The notes beneath the pieces were generated by a model. The model ran no database searches. It was given only the letters and a program-made list of their open reading frames with translations, and was not told the DNA's origin. Below, one piece after another: positions 50,916-60,708 of a stretch of 64,000 nucleotides of DNA (positions are counted from its first letter, which is position 1; every line of letters begins with the position of its first letter). The stretch is from Bacteroidales bacterium (GTDB taxonomy: Bacteria; Bacteroidota; Bacteroidia; Bacteroidales; F082). The stretch spans positions 34,467 through 98,466 of the forward strand of contig JAKSMW010000004.1 of assembly GCA_024400395.1 (NCBI GenBank), in the 5' to 3' direction. A program made the translations under genes and the position numbers.

Positions 50916-52523
50916 ATGCGAAAGAATCTTTACTTTTTTATTGCAGCGTTTTTTGCCTTGTTGGTTAATAATGCTAACGCCCAAGTTACAGAAGTGATTG
51001 GCGAACAAAATGGCACATGGAATGGTACGATTATGCTTATTGGCGATGTCTATGTCAGTGATAATCTGACAGTTGAGCCAGGAACGACGGTTGTCTCGGC
51101 GAAGAATTTCACTATCAACGTGTCAGGTGCTTTCAAAGCGGAAGGAACTGAAGACAACAGGATAACATTTTCTGTTGCCGACACGACCGGATTCGCTGAT
51201 TATGAAACGATTAAAGGCGGCTGGGGCGGTATTGAATTCAGAAAATGCAATGATGTCGTCTTGAAATATTGTGACTTCTCATACGGTAAAACCCCGATTG
51301 GCGGAAGCGGCGCGGCCTTGCGATTCTTCAATGTCAATGATGCCGAAGTCAGCAACTGCGTGTTTCACGACAACATTTTCCATTTCAGGGGCGGCGGCAT
51401 CTGCGCCGAGCATTCGTCAATCAAAGTGATTGATTGTGAAGCATATAACAACGAAGGCTATGGCTACGAAGGCAGTTACACATACGGCGGCGGCTTTTAT
51501 TTCATCAACTGCGACGTGGAAATAGAAAACATGGTCTCACACGACAATTACATTCCTTCCGGCTACGGCGGCGGCTGCAGTTTCGACAGCTGTAACGTGG
51601 TCCTAAATAATGCGATTTTCTATAACAATTATGCGACAAACGGCGGCGGACTCGGTCTCCAACGAAGCAAACATCTTGACGTGAAAATGTCTAACGTGTT
51701 GGCTTACAATAACGAAGTGGTGCATTACGGTGGCGGTATGGCGATGGCGACAGCAAGTCCGGAACTCAATAATTTCACGTTGGTCAACAATATTTGCGGC
51801 GGTGGCGGTGGTGCAGGTATGCAAATATCTTTTGAGTCAGACCCAATTATCAGTAATTCAATCATTTATGGAAATCATGCTGTTTATTATGATCTTACAG
51901 GCAGTGAATACGAATATTATTATGGCTCGCAGGTCTGGCTCTGGGGCGATGGTAACTGGCCGGTGTTCCAAAATGGAAATATTCAATACGGTCTCGACTC
52001 AATTTTTCATAATCCGGATCTTTATACTGAAGAATTTTACATCGACATGATAAATGAAGATCCGTTATTTGTTGATACTGAAGCATATAACTTTAGACTT
52101 TCAAGTGAAAGCCCCTGCATCGACAAAGGCCTTGAAAACGTTGAGGGAATGTTTATTCCTGAATTTGACCTGAACGGACAGGTACGTGTCTTCAATAACA
52201 GAATCGACATGGGCTGCTTTGAATGGAACAACATCGGCCTGAATGAGATTAATTCCGATGTCTTCGAAATGGAGATTGCTCCTAATCCGTTGAATGCCAA
52301 TAGTGTTTGTTATCTCAACTCTGAAAAGCCACAAGATGCCACTCTGCGTTTAATCTCCCTTGACGGAAAAGAGATTCTCAAAAAAGATTACGTGAAACTT
52401 CAGGCAGGGGAGAACAAAATCTCACTTGGCGAATTGATTGAAAATGTTGGAAAGGGTAATAAGTTTTATCTGTTAATTATTGATACTCAAGAAAATAAGT
52501 ATTGTAAAAAGGTGATTTATTAA
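50916..52523 (+). CDS. Right-handed parallel beta-helix repeat protein, T9SS cargo
   Basis: Signal peptide present. Repeated N.(V/I)F..N....GGG(I/L) turns. C-terminal IAPNPLNANSVCYLNS...KFYLLIIDTQENKYCKKVIY is a T9SS sorting domain. Confidence 0.7.
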   Translation: MRKNLYFFIAAFFALLVNNANAQVTEVIGEQNGTWNGTIMLIGDVYVSDNLTVEPGTTVVSAKNFTINVSGAFKAEGTEDNRITFSVADTTGFADYETIKGGWGGIEFRKCNDVVLKYCDFSYGKTPIGGSGAALRFFNVNDAEVSNCVFHDNIFHFRGGGICAEHSSIKVIDCEAYNNEGYGYEGSYTYGGGFYFINCDVEIENMVSHDNYIPSGYGGGCSFDSCNVVLNNAIFYNNYATNGGGLGLQRSKHLDVKMSNVLAYNNEVVHYGGGMAMATASPELNNFTLVNNICGGGGGAGMQISFESDPIISNSIIYGNHAVYYDLTGSEYEYYYGSQVWLWGDGNWPVFQNGNIQYGLDSIFHNPDLYTEEFYIDMINEDPLFVDTEAYNFRLSSESPCIDKGLENVEGMFIPEFDLNGQVRVFNNRIDMGCFEWNNIGLNEINSDVFEMEIAPNPLNANSVCYLNSEKPQDATLRLISLDGKEILKKDYVKLQAGENKISLGELIENVGKGNKFYLLIIDTQENKYCKKVIY

Positions 52524-52524
52524 A

Positions 52525-54984
52525 ATGAACAGGTTCTTCACGGAAAACAAGAAATCTCTCGGCATCGTACTTTGCATCGTTGCCTTTGCATTGATTACGT
52601 TGATATATTTTTCTCCGATAATCCAAGGAAAGCGTATCAAACAACACGACATCGAAATGTATAAGGGGATGTCGAAGGAAATCGTTGATTTTAAGGCACA
52701 AACTGGGGAACAAAGTCTTTGGACAAACTCAATGTTCGGCGGAATGCCGGCCTGGAACATCAGCGTCCCGCAGAACAGCAACCTTATTACATATATCCAC
52801 CGGTTGCTGAACGCAGGTTTCCCGCATCCTGTCGGAGCCGTGTTCATCAGCATGTTGGGATTTTTCATTCTGCTTCTCGTGATGGATTGCAAGATATGGG
52901 TGAGTTTCATCGGTGCGTTGGCGTATGGATTTACGTCATACATGTTTATAATAATAGGTGCCGGACATAACTCAAAGGCGATGGCGATGGCTTACATGGC
53001 TCCCGTAATTGCTGGTATCTTGTTGACTTACAAGGGGAAATATTTCTGGGGCGCAGTCCTCACCGCTATAGCGTTGGCACTCGAAGTACGTGCCGGACAC
53101 CTTCAGATAACGTATTATCTGTTGCTGACCGTGCTTTGCATCGTGATTGCGGAATTTGTTTCAGTAGTAAAAGAAAAGAAATATCTTGAATTTTTCAAGG
53201 CGAGCGGAATCTTGGCAGGTGTTGCGATTCTTGCCATAATGACTTGTACCACAACGCTTTACGCAAATTATGAATTTGGAAAAGAAACGATGCGCGGCAA
53301 ACCGGTTTTGACGAAAAACGTTGAAAATCAGACAAAAGGCCTCGACCGCGATTATATCACTCAATGGAGTTACGGAATAGGGGAGACGTGGAGTCTGATG
53401 ATTCCTAATGTCAAAGGCGGTGCGTCGGGTTATATCGGAAACAGAAACACCGCTCTTGATGTCGCCGATTCCCGCTTCCGTTCAACGATAGCGCAACAGA
53501 ACGCTTATTGGGGCGACCAACCCGGCACAAGCGGCCCCGTCTATGTAGGAGCAATAGTCTGTTTCCTGTTCATACTCGGACTTTTCATCGTGAAAGGAAA
53601 ATACAAATGGGCACTTCTTGCAGCAACACTTCTCTCAATATTGCTCAGCTGGGGCAAGAATTTCATGGGATTCACCGATTTCTTCCTCGATTTCGTACCC
53701 GGCTATAACAAATTCCGCGCAGTCTCAATGACGTTGGTGATCGCTGAAGTATGTATGCCGCTGCTCGCTTTCCTCGCCTTGGCGGAAATTTTCAAGAATC
53801 ATGAAGTGTTGAAAAATAATATGAAATATTTCTGGATCTCGTTGGGCTTGACCGGCGGTTTCTGTTTGATGTTTTATATTATGCCGCAGACGTTCTTTAA
53901 CTTCTTAAGTAAAGGTGAATCGATTCAATTTCAACAACTTATGTCAGGAAAAGATGGCGCGATGTACCAGACTTTCGCCACCCAATTGGAAAATGTCCGA
54001 GTCGAGATATTCAAGAAAGACGCAATGAGAAGCCTGCTTTTCATCATTGTCGCAGCCGCTGTTATCTTATTGAATATCAAAGGAAAAATGAAATCAAACG
54101 TCATGTTTGCGTCATTGGCGGTTTTGGTTGTGGCTGATATGTTCACAATTGACAGACGTTATCTGAACAACGACAATTTCATTGACAAGCGTAAATTTGA
54201 TAAGCCATTCGTAATCAGTGATATAGATAAGGCAATTATGAACGACAACTCGCTTGATTATCGTGTGATCAATCTTGCGACGAGTACTTTCAACGATGCC
54301 GGAACTTCGTATTTCCATAAATCTGTCGGTGGATACCACGGTGCAAAACTGCGTCGTTATCAGGATATTATCGATCATTACCTTTCTGGCAAGACGGATG
54401 CGAATTATTTCAAGGTGCTTGACATGTTGAACACGAAATATATCATCTATCCTAAAGATGACAAAAATACTGTCTATCCGAATCGCGAGGCTTTCGGAAA
54501 TGCATGGATTGTTTCTGATATTCAATGGGTTGCGACACCCAACGATGAAATAGATGCCATTGCGACGACGGATGTGAAAAATGTTGCGATTGTCAATGAG
54601 GAATTTAAAGATGTCATCGGCGATTTCACTGCGACTCCGGCTGAAGGAACGATAAAACTCGTTGATTATGAACCGAATCAGTTGACGTACAACTTCGATT
54701 CGTCAAAAGACGAACTCGTTGTCTTCTCCGAAATCTGGACCAAGAAAGGCTGGATTATGTGGATTGACGGAGTGGAAAGTCCGTTGTTCCGCTCTGATTA
54801 CATCTTGCGCTCGGCAATCATTCCAGCAGGTCAGCATGAAATCGTAATGCGTTATGAACCAAGGATTTGGAAGGTCGGAAATGCAATTCAGTTGCTTACT
54901 TCGTTCATCCTTGTTGCAGGGTTGTTCATTGCTATCTACATGACTTACAGAAAGAAAAAGGAACAAAATTCGTGTAATTCGTGA
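52525..54984 (+). CDS. YfhO-family (GT-C-like) polytopic membrane protein
   Basis: 819 aa. N-terminal FSPIIQGKRIKQHDIEMYKGMSKE...SLWTNSMFGGMPAW is typical of Bacteroidota YfhO proteins. More than 10 TM helices plus a C-terminal TM. Confidence 0.75.
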   Translation: MNRFFTENKKSLGIVLCIVAFALITLIYFSPIIQGKRIKQHDIEMYKGMSKEIVDFKAQTGEQSLWTNSMFGGMPAWNISVPQNSNLITYIHRLLNAGFPHPVGAVFISMLGFFILLLVMDCKIWVSFIGALAYGFTSYMFIIIGAGHNSKAMAMAYMAPVIAGILLTYKGKYFWGAVLTAIALALEVRAGHLQITYYLLLTVLCIVIAEFVSVVKEKKYLEFFKASGILAGVAILAIMTCTTTLYANYEFGKETMRGKPVLTKNVENQTKGLDRDYITQWSYGIGETWSLMIPNVKGGASGYIGNRNTALDVADSRFRSTIAQQNAYWGDQPGTSGPVYVGAIVCFLFILGLFIVKGKYKWALLAATLLSILLSWGKNFMGFTDFFLDFVPGYNKFRAVSMTLVIAEVCMPLLAFLALAEIFKNHEVLKNNMKYFWISLGLTGGFCLMFYIMPQTFFNFLSKGESIQFQQLMSGKDGAMYQTFATQLENVRVEIFKKDAMRSLLFIIVAAAVILLNIKGKMKSNVMFASLAVLVVADMFTIDRRYLNNDNFIDKRKFDKPFVISDIDKAIMNDNSLDYRVINLATSTFNDAGTSYFHKSVGGYHGAKLRRYQDIIDHYLSGKTDANYFKVLDMLNTKYIIYPKDDKNTVYPNREAFGNAWIVSDIQWVATPNDEIDAIATTDVKNVAIVNEEFKDVIGDFTATPAEGTIKLVDYEPNQLTYNFDSSKDELVVFSEIWTKKGWIMWIDGVESPLFRSDYILRSAIIPAGQHEIVMRYEPRIWKVGNAIQLLTSFILVAGLFIAIYMTYRKKKEQNSCNS

Positions 54985-55028
54985 GATTCGTGGTGTTTAT
55001 GTAATTCGTTCAATTCGTTCAATTCGTG
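54966..55028. repeat. Seven tandem 9-bp units (N)AATTCGT(G/T)
   Basis: AAATTCGTG TAATTCGTG AGATTCGTG GTGTTTATG TAATTCGTT CAATTCGTT CAATTCGTG. The array spans the yfhO-like stop (54982-54984) and runs into the GT4 start region. Confidence 0.85.
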
Positions 55029-55031
55029 GTG

Positions 55032-56336
55032 ATGAGACGTGTTTTGATAATCACATATTACTGGCCGCCATCTGGTGGCTCCGGCGTTCAGCGTTGGCTG
55101 AAGATGTCGAAGTATCTGCCCGAAAACGGTTGGCAACCAGTGATTTACACTGCCGAAGATGCCGAATATCCTGTTGAAGACCCGTCTTTGGAAAAGGATG
55201 TCGCACCTGAAGTGGAGATTGTCAGAAGACCGATAGTTGAACCTTATACCTTTTACAAAAAGCTTCTTGGAATTAAAAAAGAAGAAAAGGTAAAAGCAGG
55301 TTTCATCAACGAAGGAAAGCAGAAATCCACTTGGAAAGAGAACCTGAGCGTTTGGATCAGAGGTAATTTCTTTATTCCGGATGCCCGCTGCTGGTGGATA
55401 AAACCGTCGGTCAGGTCTTTGTCGAAATATCTTAAGGAAAATCCTGTTGACGCAATAATTTCAACTGGTCCGCCGCATTCAATGCACTTGATAGCCAAAG
55501 CGTTACATAAAAAACTAAATATCCCTTGGGTCGCCGATTTCCGTGACCCGTGGACGGAGATTTTCTATTTTGACTCGCTGAAATTGTCAAAATGCAGTCT
55601 GCGAAAACATAAAAGACTTGAAAAACAGGTGCTTACTGAGGCTGACAAAGTTGTCGCCGTTGGATGGCACGAAGCCGCTGACCTTGAAAACCTCGGTGCT
55701 AAAAACGTTCACGTTGTGACAAATGGCTTTGATAATGAGTGCGTTTGCTCTGAAAATAATTTTGAAAGAAACGAAAAGTTTACGATAACCTACACCGGCG
55801 TTCTTCTTCCGAATGAGTCGTTTGTGATATGGGATGCACTCAACGAACTTTGCGGGGAAAATTCAGAATTTGCCAACAATTTGAAAATCAAACTTATCGG
55901 CCATATCGACGGAAAAGTCAAGAGCTATATGGTAGAAAAAAATCTTGAATCAAAAGTTGAAAATGTTGAATATATGCAACATACTCAAGTACTTGAATAT
56001 CAACGCAAATCGGATCTGCTTCTTTTGCTGATACCGATAGCGAAGAAAGCAGAGTGCATCTTGACAGGCAAACTTTTTGAATATATTGCTTCCGGCCGCC
56101 CGATTTTGGCTGTTGCTCCTGAAAACGGCGATGTTGCAAGAGTTCTGAAAGAAACTGCGTGCGGTTTCACAGTTGATTTCAACGACAAAGAGAAAATGAA
56201 ATCAATTATTAAAGATTTGTTTATTAAATATCAAGAAAATCAATTGGTTACGAATAAAAATGATGTTGTCGAAAAATTCTCAAGACGTAATCTGACCAAG
56301 GAATTTTCAAAAATACTTGATAATTTAACCAAATAA
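55032..56336 (+). CDS. Glycosyltransferase family 4-like
   Basis: ATG 55032 gives MRRVLIITYYWPPSGGSGVQRWLKMSKYL. C-terminal GT-B E..GKLFEYIASGRPIL motif. Confidence 0.75.
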   Translation: MRRVLIITYYWPPSGGSGVQRWLKMSKYLPENGWQPVIYTAEDAEYPVEDPSLEKDVAPEVEIVRRPIVEPYTFYKKLLGIKKEEKVKAGFINEGKQKSTWKENLSVWIRGNFFIPDARCWWIKPSVRSLSKYLKENPVDAIISTGPPHSMHLIAKALHKKLNIPWVADFRDPWTEIFYFDSLKLSKCSLRKHKRLEKQVLTEADKVVAVGWHEAADLENLGAKNVHVVTNGFDNECVCSENNFERNEKFTITYTGVLLPNESFVIWDALNELCGENSEFANNLKIKLIGHIDGKVKSYMVEKNLESKVENVEYMQHTQVLEYQRKSDLLLLLIPIAKKAECILTGKLFEYIASGRPILAVAPENGDVARVLKETACGFTVDFNDKEKMKSIIKDLFIKYQENQLVTNKNDVVEKFSRRNLTKEFSKILDNLTK

Positions 56337-56343
56337 TAAAAAA

Positions 56344-57504
56344 ATGAGTGACAATTGTTTCAATAGAAAAATCAAGGTGTGCCATCTTATCAGCAAACAT
56401 AAAATGGATGACATGCGCGTTTTTCATAAGGAATGTAAGTCGTTGGTTGACAATGGATTCGATGTCACTTTGGTTGGTTTTGGTGATAAGTTTGAGACAA
56501 AAATCATAGACGGAGTTAATTGCATAACGCAGTTTTGTCCGATTAAAAATAACATTGAATTGCTTCGGAAACGTAACAAAATGAGTTACCTGACAGCTCT
56601 TCAAGTTGACGCTGACATCTATCATCTGCATGAGCCGGAACTTCTTTCAATCGGATTGAAATTGAAAAGGAAAGGTAAAATCGTGGTTTTCGACAGTCAC
56701 GAATTTTATGGATGGCAGTTGCACGATAACATACACAAAATCAAGGTGATAAAGGTTCCGGCTTTGTTTATGAAACTCATCGGGAATCTTTACATGAAAT
56801 ATGAGAAATTTGTTTGCAAACGTATTGACGGGGTTGTTCAGGTCTGCACCTTGAATGGCAAAGACTATTTTGAAAAACGCTGTCGTAAATCATTGTTTGT
56901 CAGGAATTTACCAAATATTGCTGATTATACCCGAAAAGCAGAAGTCAAGTTTTCTGATAATCCGCTTGTCGCCATGATTGGCGGAATCACAAAAGAACGT
57001 GGCATTACACAATTGATGAAAGCTTCATTCAATGCCGAGGCAATATTGCAGCTCGCTGGAAATTTCATGCCGAAATCATACGAGCAGGAATTAAAACAAA
57101 TGCCTGAATATCAATGTGTTGAATATAAAGGTTTTCTTGATAAAAAGGGGATGTTGGATGTTTTGGAAAACTCGTCAATCGGAGCTTCGACATTGCTTCA
57201 TGTCGGGCAATATAACCAAATCGACACTTTCCCGACCAAGGTTTACGATTATATGTCGATGGAACTTCCAGTGATTATTTCAAATACACCTTACGCATTG
57301 AAAATGAATGAGATATATCATTTCGGTATCTGCGTTGACCCATCAAATGTTAATGAAATAGCAGACGCTATCATTTGGCTGAAAAACCATCCTGAAGAAG
57401 CAATTGCAATGGGAAAGAACGGTAGAAAGGCTGTCGTTGACGAGTTTAACTGGGAGAAGGAAAGCGAAAAGTTAGTGGCATTTTATTGGGAATTGTTAAA
57501 TTAA
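56344..57504 (+). CDS. Glycosyltransferase (GT-B, family 1/4-like)
   Basis: KIKVCHLISKHKMDDMRVFHKECKSLVDNGFDVTLV N-terminus. C-terminal FPTKVYDYMSMELPVI motif. Confidence 0.75.
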   Translation: MSDNCFNRKIKVCHLISKHKMDDMRVFHKECKSLVDNGFDVTLVGFGDKFETKIIDGVNCITQFCPIKNNIELLRKRNKMSYLTALQVDADIYHLHEPELLSIGLKLKRKGKIVVFDSHEFYGWQLHDNIHKIKVIKVPALFMKLIGNLYMKYEKFVCKRIDGVVQVCTLNGKDYFEKRCRKSLFVRNLPNIADYTRKAEVKFSDNPLVAMIGGITKERGITQLMKASFNAEAILQLAGNFMPKSYEQELKQMPEYQCVEYKGFLDKKGMLDVLENSSIGASTLLHVGQYNQIDTFPTKVYDYMSMELPVIISNTPYALKMNEIYHFGICVDPSNVNEIADAIIWLKNHPEEAIAMGKNGRKAVVDEFNWEKESEKLVAFYWELLN

Positions 57505-58173
57505 TAATTGTATTTTTTCATTTACAATTTCTTCTAAAAATTTGCAGAACTGCTCCATTCCGGCGCCGTTTTTGGCTGAAACCGGGAACAACTTCAAGTC
57601 GGCGTTCAATTTTTTGACGTTTATTTGTAATGCTTCGAAATCGAAATCGAACATACTCAAGCAATCAATCTTCGTGATTATCAACGCTTTGCAAACGGTG
57701 AACATCAAAGGATATTTCAATGCTTTGTCATCGCCTTCCGGGACGCTCAAAAGCATTGATGGCAGGTCTGCGCCGAGGTCGAACTCCGCCGGGCAAACTA
57801 AATTCCCGATGTTTTCGATGATTACGATGTCAAGTTTATCAAGCGGGAGGTTTTCCATAGCTTTCTTAATCATCGCCGCATCGAGATGGCAGTCGCCGCC
57901 GGTTCTGAGCTGGACGGTCGGAATGCCCAACGCCTGCATTTTCTGTGCGTCAACGGTCGATTCAATGTCACCTTCAATGACACCGATGCGGAATCTGTCC
58001 ATCAAACGTTTGATAACTGAAAGAATGAAAGTCGTCTTTCCAGCTCCTGGCGATGACATAATATTCCAGACGAAGAATTTCTTTTCCTTTGATAATGAAC
58101 GTATTTCGTTGGCAACGTTGTCGTTGTCCTCCAAAATGCACTGCTTTAAATCAATATATTTTAACTCTGACAT
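57496..58173 (-). CDS. hypB: Hydrogenase/urease nickel-incorporation GTPase HypB
   Basis: P-loop SSPGAGKTT. Metal-site GGDCHLDA (Cys-His). ENIGNLVCPAEFDLG. ITKID NKxD-like motif. Confidence 0.85.
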   Translation of the reverse strand: MSELKYIDLKQCILEDNDNVANEIRSLSKEKKFFVWNIMSSPGAGKTTFILSVIKRLMDRFRIGVIEGDIESTVDAQKMQALGIPTVQLRTGGDCHLDAAMIKKAMENLPLDKLDIVIIENIGNLVCPAEFDLGADLPSMLLSVPEGDDKALKYPLMFTVCKALIITKIDCLSMFDFDFEALQINVKKLNADLKLFPVSAKNGAGMEQFCKFLEEIVNEKIQLLI

Positions 58174-58190
58174 GATTTTATTTTTAATCT

Positions 58191-58541
58191 CTAATCAATC
58201 TCAATTCCGACAATTCGCATTTCTCTTCCTGTAACGACATTTCCTTGCTGGCATCCGCAATTCGGGCATCTCGTTTTTTCAATGTTACTCATGTCAACAT
58301 CGTAAATCGTCTGACAATCATTGCATTGTACCGTGACCGGAATTTCTTCGATTTCAATTTTCGCACCTTCTGCGATGCTGCCTTTTGCGATGTAATCCCA
58401 ATATTTCTGCATTATTTCGGGAATGTAATCGCGTAAGACGCCAATCTGCAACGCAACAAGGCTGATGTGTTGTGCTTCAACACTTTCAGCCTTGGCGATG
58501 ACAGTCTTAAAAATGCTTTTCGTTATCGGAAGCTCGTGCAT
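58191..58541 (-). CDS. hypA: Nickel metallochaperone HypA
   Basis: The MHELPIT N-terminus carries the MHE Ni site. Zn ribbon CNDC...CPNCG. 116 aa. Confidence 0.85.
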   Translation of the reverse strand: MHELPITKSIFKTVIAKAESVEAQHISLVALQIGVLRDYIPEIMQKYWDYIAKGSIAEGAKIEIEEIPVTVQCNDCQTIYDVDMSNIEKTRCPNCGCQQGNVVTGREMRIVGIEID

Positions 58542-58543
58542 TC

Positions 58544-59671
58544 TTATTTGTTCAACGCATTCACGACAGCGTTTTCAATTTCTTCTCCACGGATTCCACG
58601 GTTGATGATGATGCCGTCTTTCCCGACTAACATAATTTCCGGAATGCCGTTGAAACCGTAAATCTTTGATGCAATATTCGCTGTATCAATAACTTGCGGG
58701 TATGTGATGCCGAGTTGCTCAACCATAGCTGCGTGTTTGTCAATCTTGTCCCAAACGTCAACGCCGACAACCACAAGTCCTTGTTTTGCGTATTTTTCAT
58801 AAATTCTAATAAGGTTTTCCTTGATTTCTTCTCTGCATGGACTGCACCAAGAAGCCCAGAAATCAACGATGGCTAATTTCCCGCCTATGACATCGCTTAA
58901 CTTGCCTAATTCATTTGTGCTGAAGTTAATACATTCAAAATCAATGTATTGATTGCCAACTGATGTTGCTTCAGCAGCCTGAAGTCTTTCGATTTCCCTG
59001 TTAAGTCTTTCATCATCTTTCACAATAGAACCTTCTGCGTCGCGGATTGAAAGGAGTTGTTCTACCGTAGGCACTGCTTCAAGAAGTTCTGAAACGGCGT
59101 ATTTGCCAAGAATGTTGCTCTTATTTTCATTGAAAAGTCTGTCGGCGGCTTCATTGGAGTTAATGATGTATTGTTCATGGATTTCCTCAAAGCGATTTGA
59201 TAGACTGTCTTTAACATTTTCATCATCAATGCTGTAATATATCTTGATGATTTCAGCTGATTCTTTTTGATAATCTGTCACGTTACATTCGTTAAAGTAT
59301 TGTGTTAGACGGTCATTGAAAGGAGTGCCTGTGACGGTGTTTTCATCAATATTGATGTTAATGTTACCGGTTTCAAGGATGAATTCCAGACCGCCTTTTC
59401 TTGGATTTGCGCTTGCGTATGCCATCATCGGTTTGCTGATTGTGTCGGTAAATGTGAATGTTCCGTTTGTAACTATTGCAGTGTCAAACGGTTTTGCATC
59501 GCGTGTTCTGTAATTGTAGAAATCGTAAAGGTAGATTTCAGTTCCGTCTTCAATGTCTTGAATTTGTCCGTTGACGACATATTTGTTTGTGTTTTTGTTT
59601 CCGCATGAGAATGCGATGACGGCAATGGCTGCAAATAATAATGTTTTGATTGTTTTCATGTTTGTTTTCAA
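58544..59671 (-). CDS. TlpA-like thiol:disulfide oxidoreductase lipoprotein (DUF4369-like N-domain + thioredoxin fold)
   Basis: Lipobox AVIAFSC. VDFWASWCSPCREE CxxC motif. The gene ends 2 nt before hypA. Confidence 0.8.
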   Translation of the reverse strand: MKTNMKTIKTLLFAAIAVIAFSCGNKNTNKYVVNGQIQDIEDGTEIYLYDFYNYRTRDAKPFDTAIVTNGTFTFTDTISKPMMAYASANPRKGGLEFILETGNININIDENTVTGTPFNDRLTQYFNECNVTDYQKESAEIIKIYYSIDDENVKDSLSNRFEEIHEQYIINSNEAADRLFNENKSNILGKYAVSELLEAVPTVEQLLSIRDAEGSIVKDDERLNREIERLQAAEATSVGNQYIDFECINFSTNELGKLSDVIGGKLAIVDFWASWCSPCREEIKENLIRIYEKYAKQGLVVVGVDVWDKIDKHAAMVEQLGITYPQVIDTANIASKIYGFNGIPEIMLVGKDGIIINRGIRGEEIENAVVNALNK

Positions 59672-59734
59672 TTAGTTATGAATAATTTAGTTATAAATAA
59701 ATTTTGCAAAATATAAGATTTTAATTATCATTTT

Positions 59735-59771
59735 CAAAAAAGCGCGAAACAAGTATAAACCCGCTTCGCGC
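59735..59771 (-). terminator. Rho-independent terminator of the ATP synthase operon
   Basis: On the minus strand: GCGCGAA-16 nt loop-TTCGCGC followed by TTTTTT, 33 nt after the atpG stop. Confidence 0.65.
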
Positions 59772-59803
59772 CCTTTTAACTTTCAACTTTATGACTTTCA
59801 ACT

Positions 59804-60700
59804 TTAAAGCGCGTTCGCACCGCCGACGATTTCGATGATTTCGTTGGTGATCGCGGTCTGACGTGCCTTGTTGTATGAAAGGTTGAGTTCTTTCAGCAGT
59901 TCGGCTGCGTTGTCCGTCGCCTTGGTCATGGAGACCATTCTTGCGCCGTGTTCGGATGTTATGCTGTCGAGCAACACCTTGAAAACCTGCAACTTAAGTG
60001 ATTTCGGAACTAATGTCTCCAGAATCTCGCTCTTTGAAGGCTGGAAGATATATTCGACATCGCTTTGCATCTTATTCTCGGCTGCGGTTTCCTCCTTGTT
60101 GACGATAGGAAGGAATTGTTCTTTCACGAGAATCTGACTTCCGGCGTTTTTGAACTGATTGTAGATGAATATGATACGGTCGTATTTCTCGTTCACGAAG
60201 TCATTCATCAGCTCTTCGGCGAAAGGCAGGGTGTTGTCGTAAGTCAGGTCGTCGAGAATCTCAAATCTCGGTTCCAAATGTGGGATTTTCTTGAATTTGA
60301 GTGTCTCATAAACCTTCTTGCTTATGCATAAGATGTCAATGTTGCCTTTGTCGAAATGTGTCTGATAGTTATCCTTGATGAAACTCATTGTTTCACGAAT
60401 CACCGTTGCGTTGAAGACACCGCACAGTCCTTTGTTCGACGCCACCGGTATGATGAGTATCTTCTCGTCTTCCGGATGCTCTTTGTGGATTTTTGTATAG
60501 ACTCCTTCGTTAGATGTCTGCAACGATGACGAAAGGTCCTGCATTATCTCGCTGAGTTTGGAGGCGTAAGGGCGGAGTGCCAAAATCGCATTCTGCGACT
60601 TGCGCAGTTTTGACGCCGACACCATCTTCATGGCGGACGTGATCTGCATCGTTGAATTTACGGAAGCGATTCGTATCCTGACTTCTTTGAGGTTCGCCAT
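59804..60700 (-). CDS. atpG: F-type ATP synthase subunit gamma
   Basis: MANLKEVRIRIASVNSTMQITSAMKMVSASKLRK N-terminus and ITNEIIEIVGGANAL C-terminus. Confidence 0.9.
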   Translation of the reverse strand: MANLKEVRIRIASVNSTMQITSAMKMVSASKLRKSQNAILALRPYASKLSEIMQDLSSSLQTSNEGVYTKIHKEHPEDEKILIIPVASNKGLCGVFNATVIRETMSFIKDNYQTHFDKGNIDILCISKKVYETLKFKKIPHLEPRFEILDDLTYDNTLPFAEELMNDFVNEKYDRIIFIYNQFKNAGSQILVKEQFLPIVNKEETAAENKMQSDVEYIFQPSKSEILETLVPKSLKLQVFKVLLDSITSEHGARMVSMTKATDNAAELLKELNLSYNKARQTAITNEIIEIVGGANAL

Positions 60701-60708
60701 AATTATCG

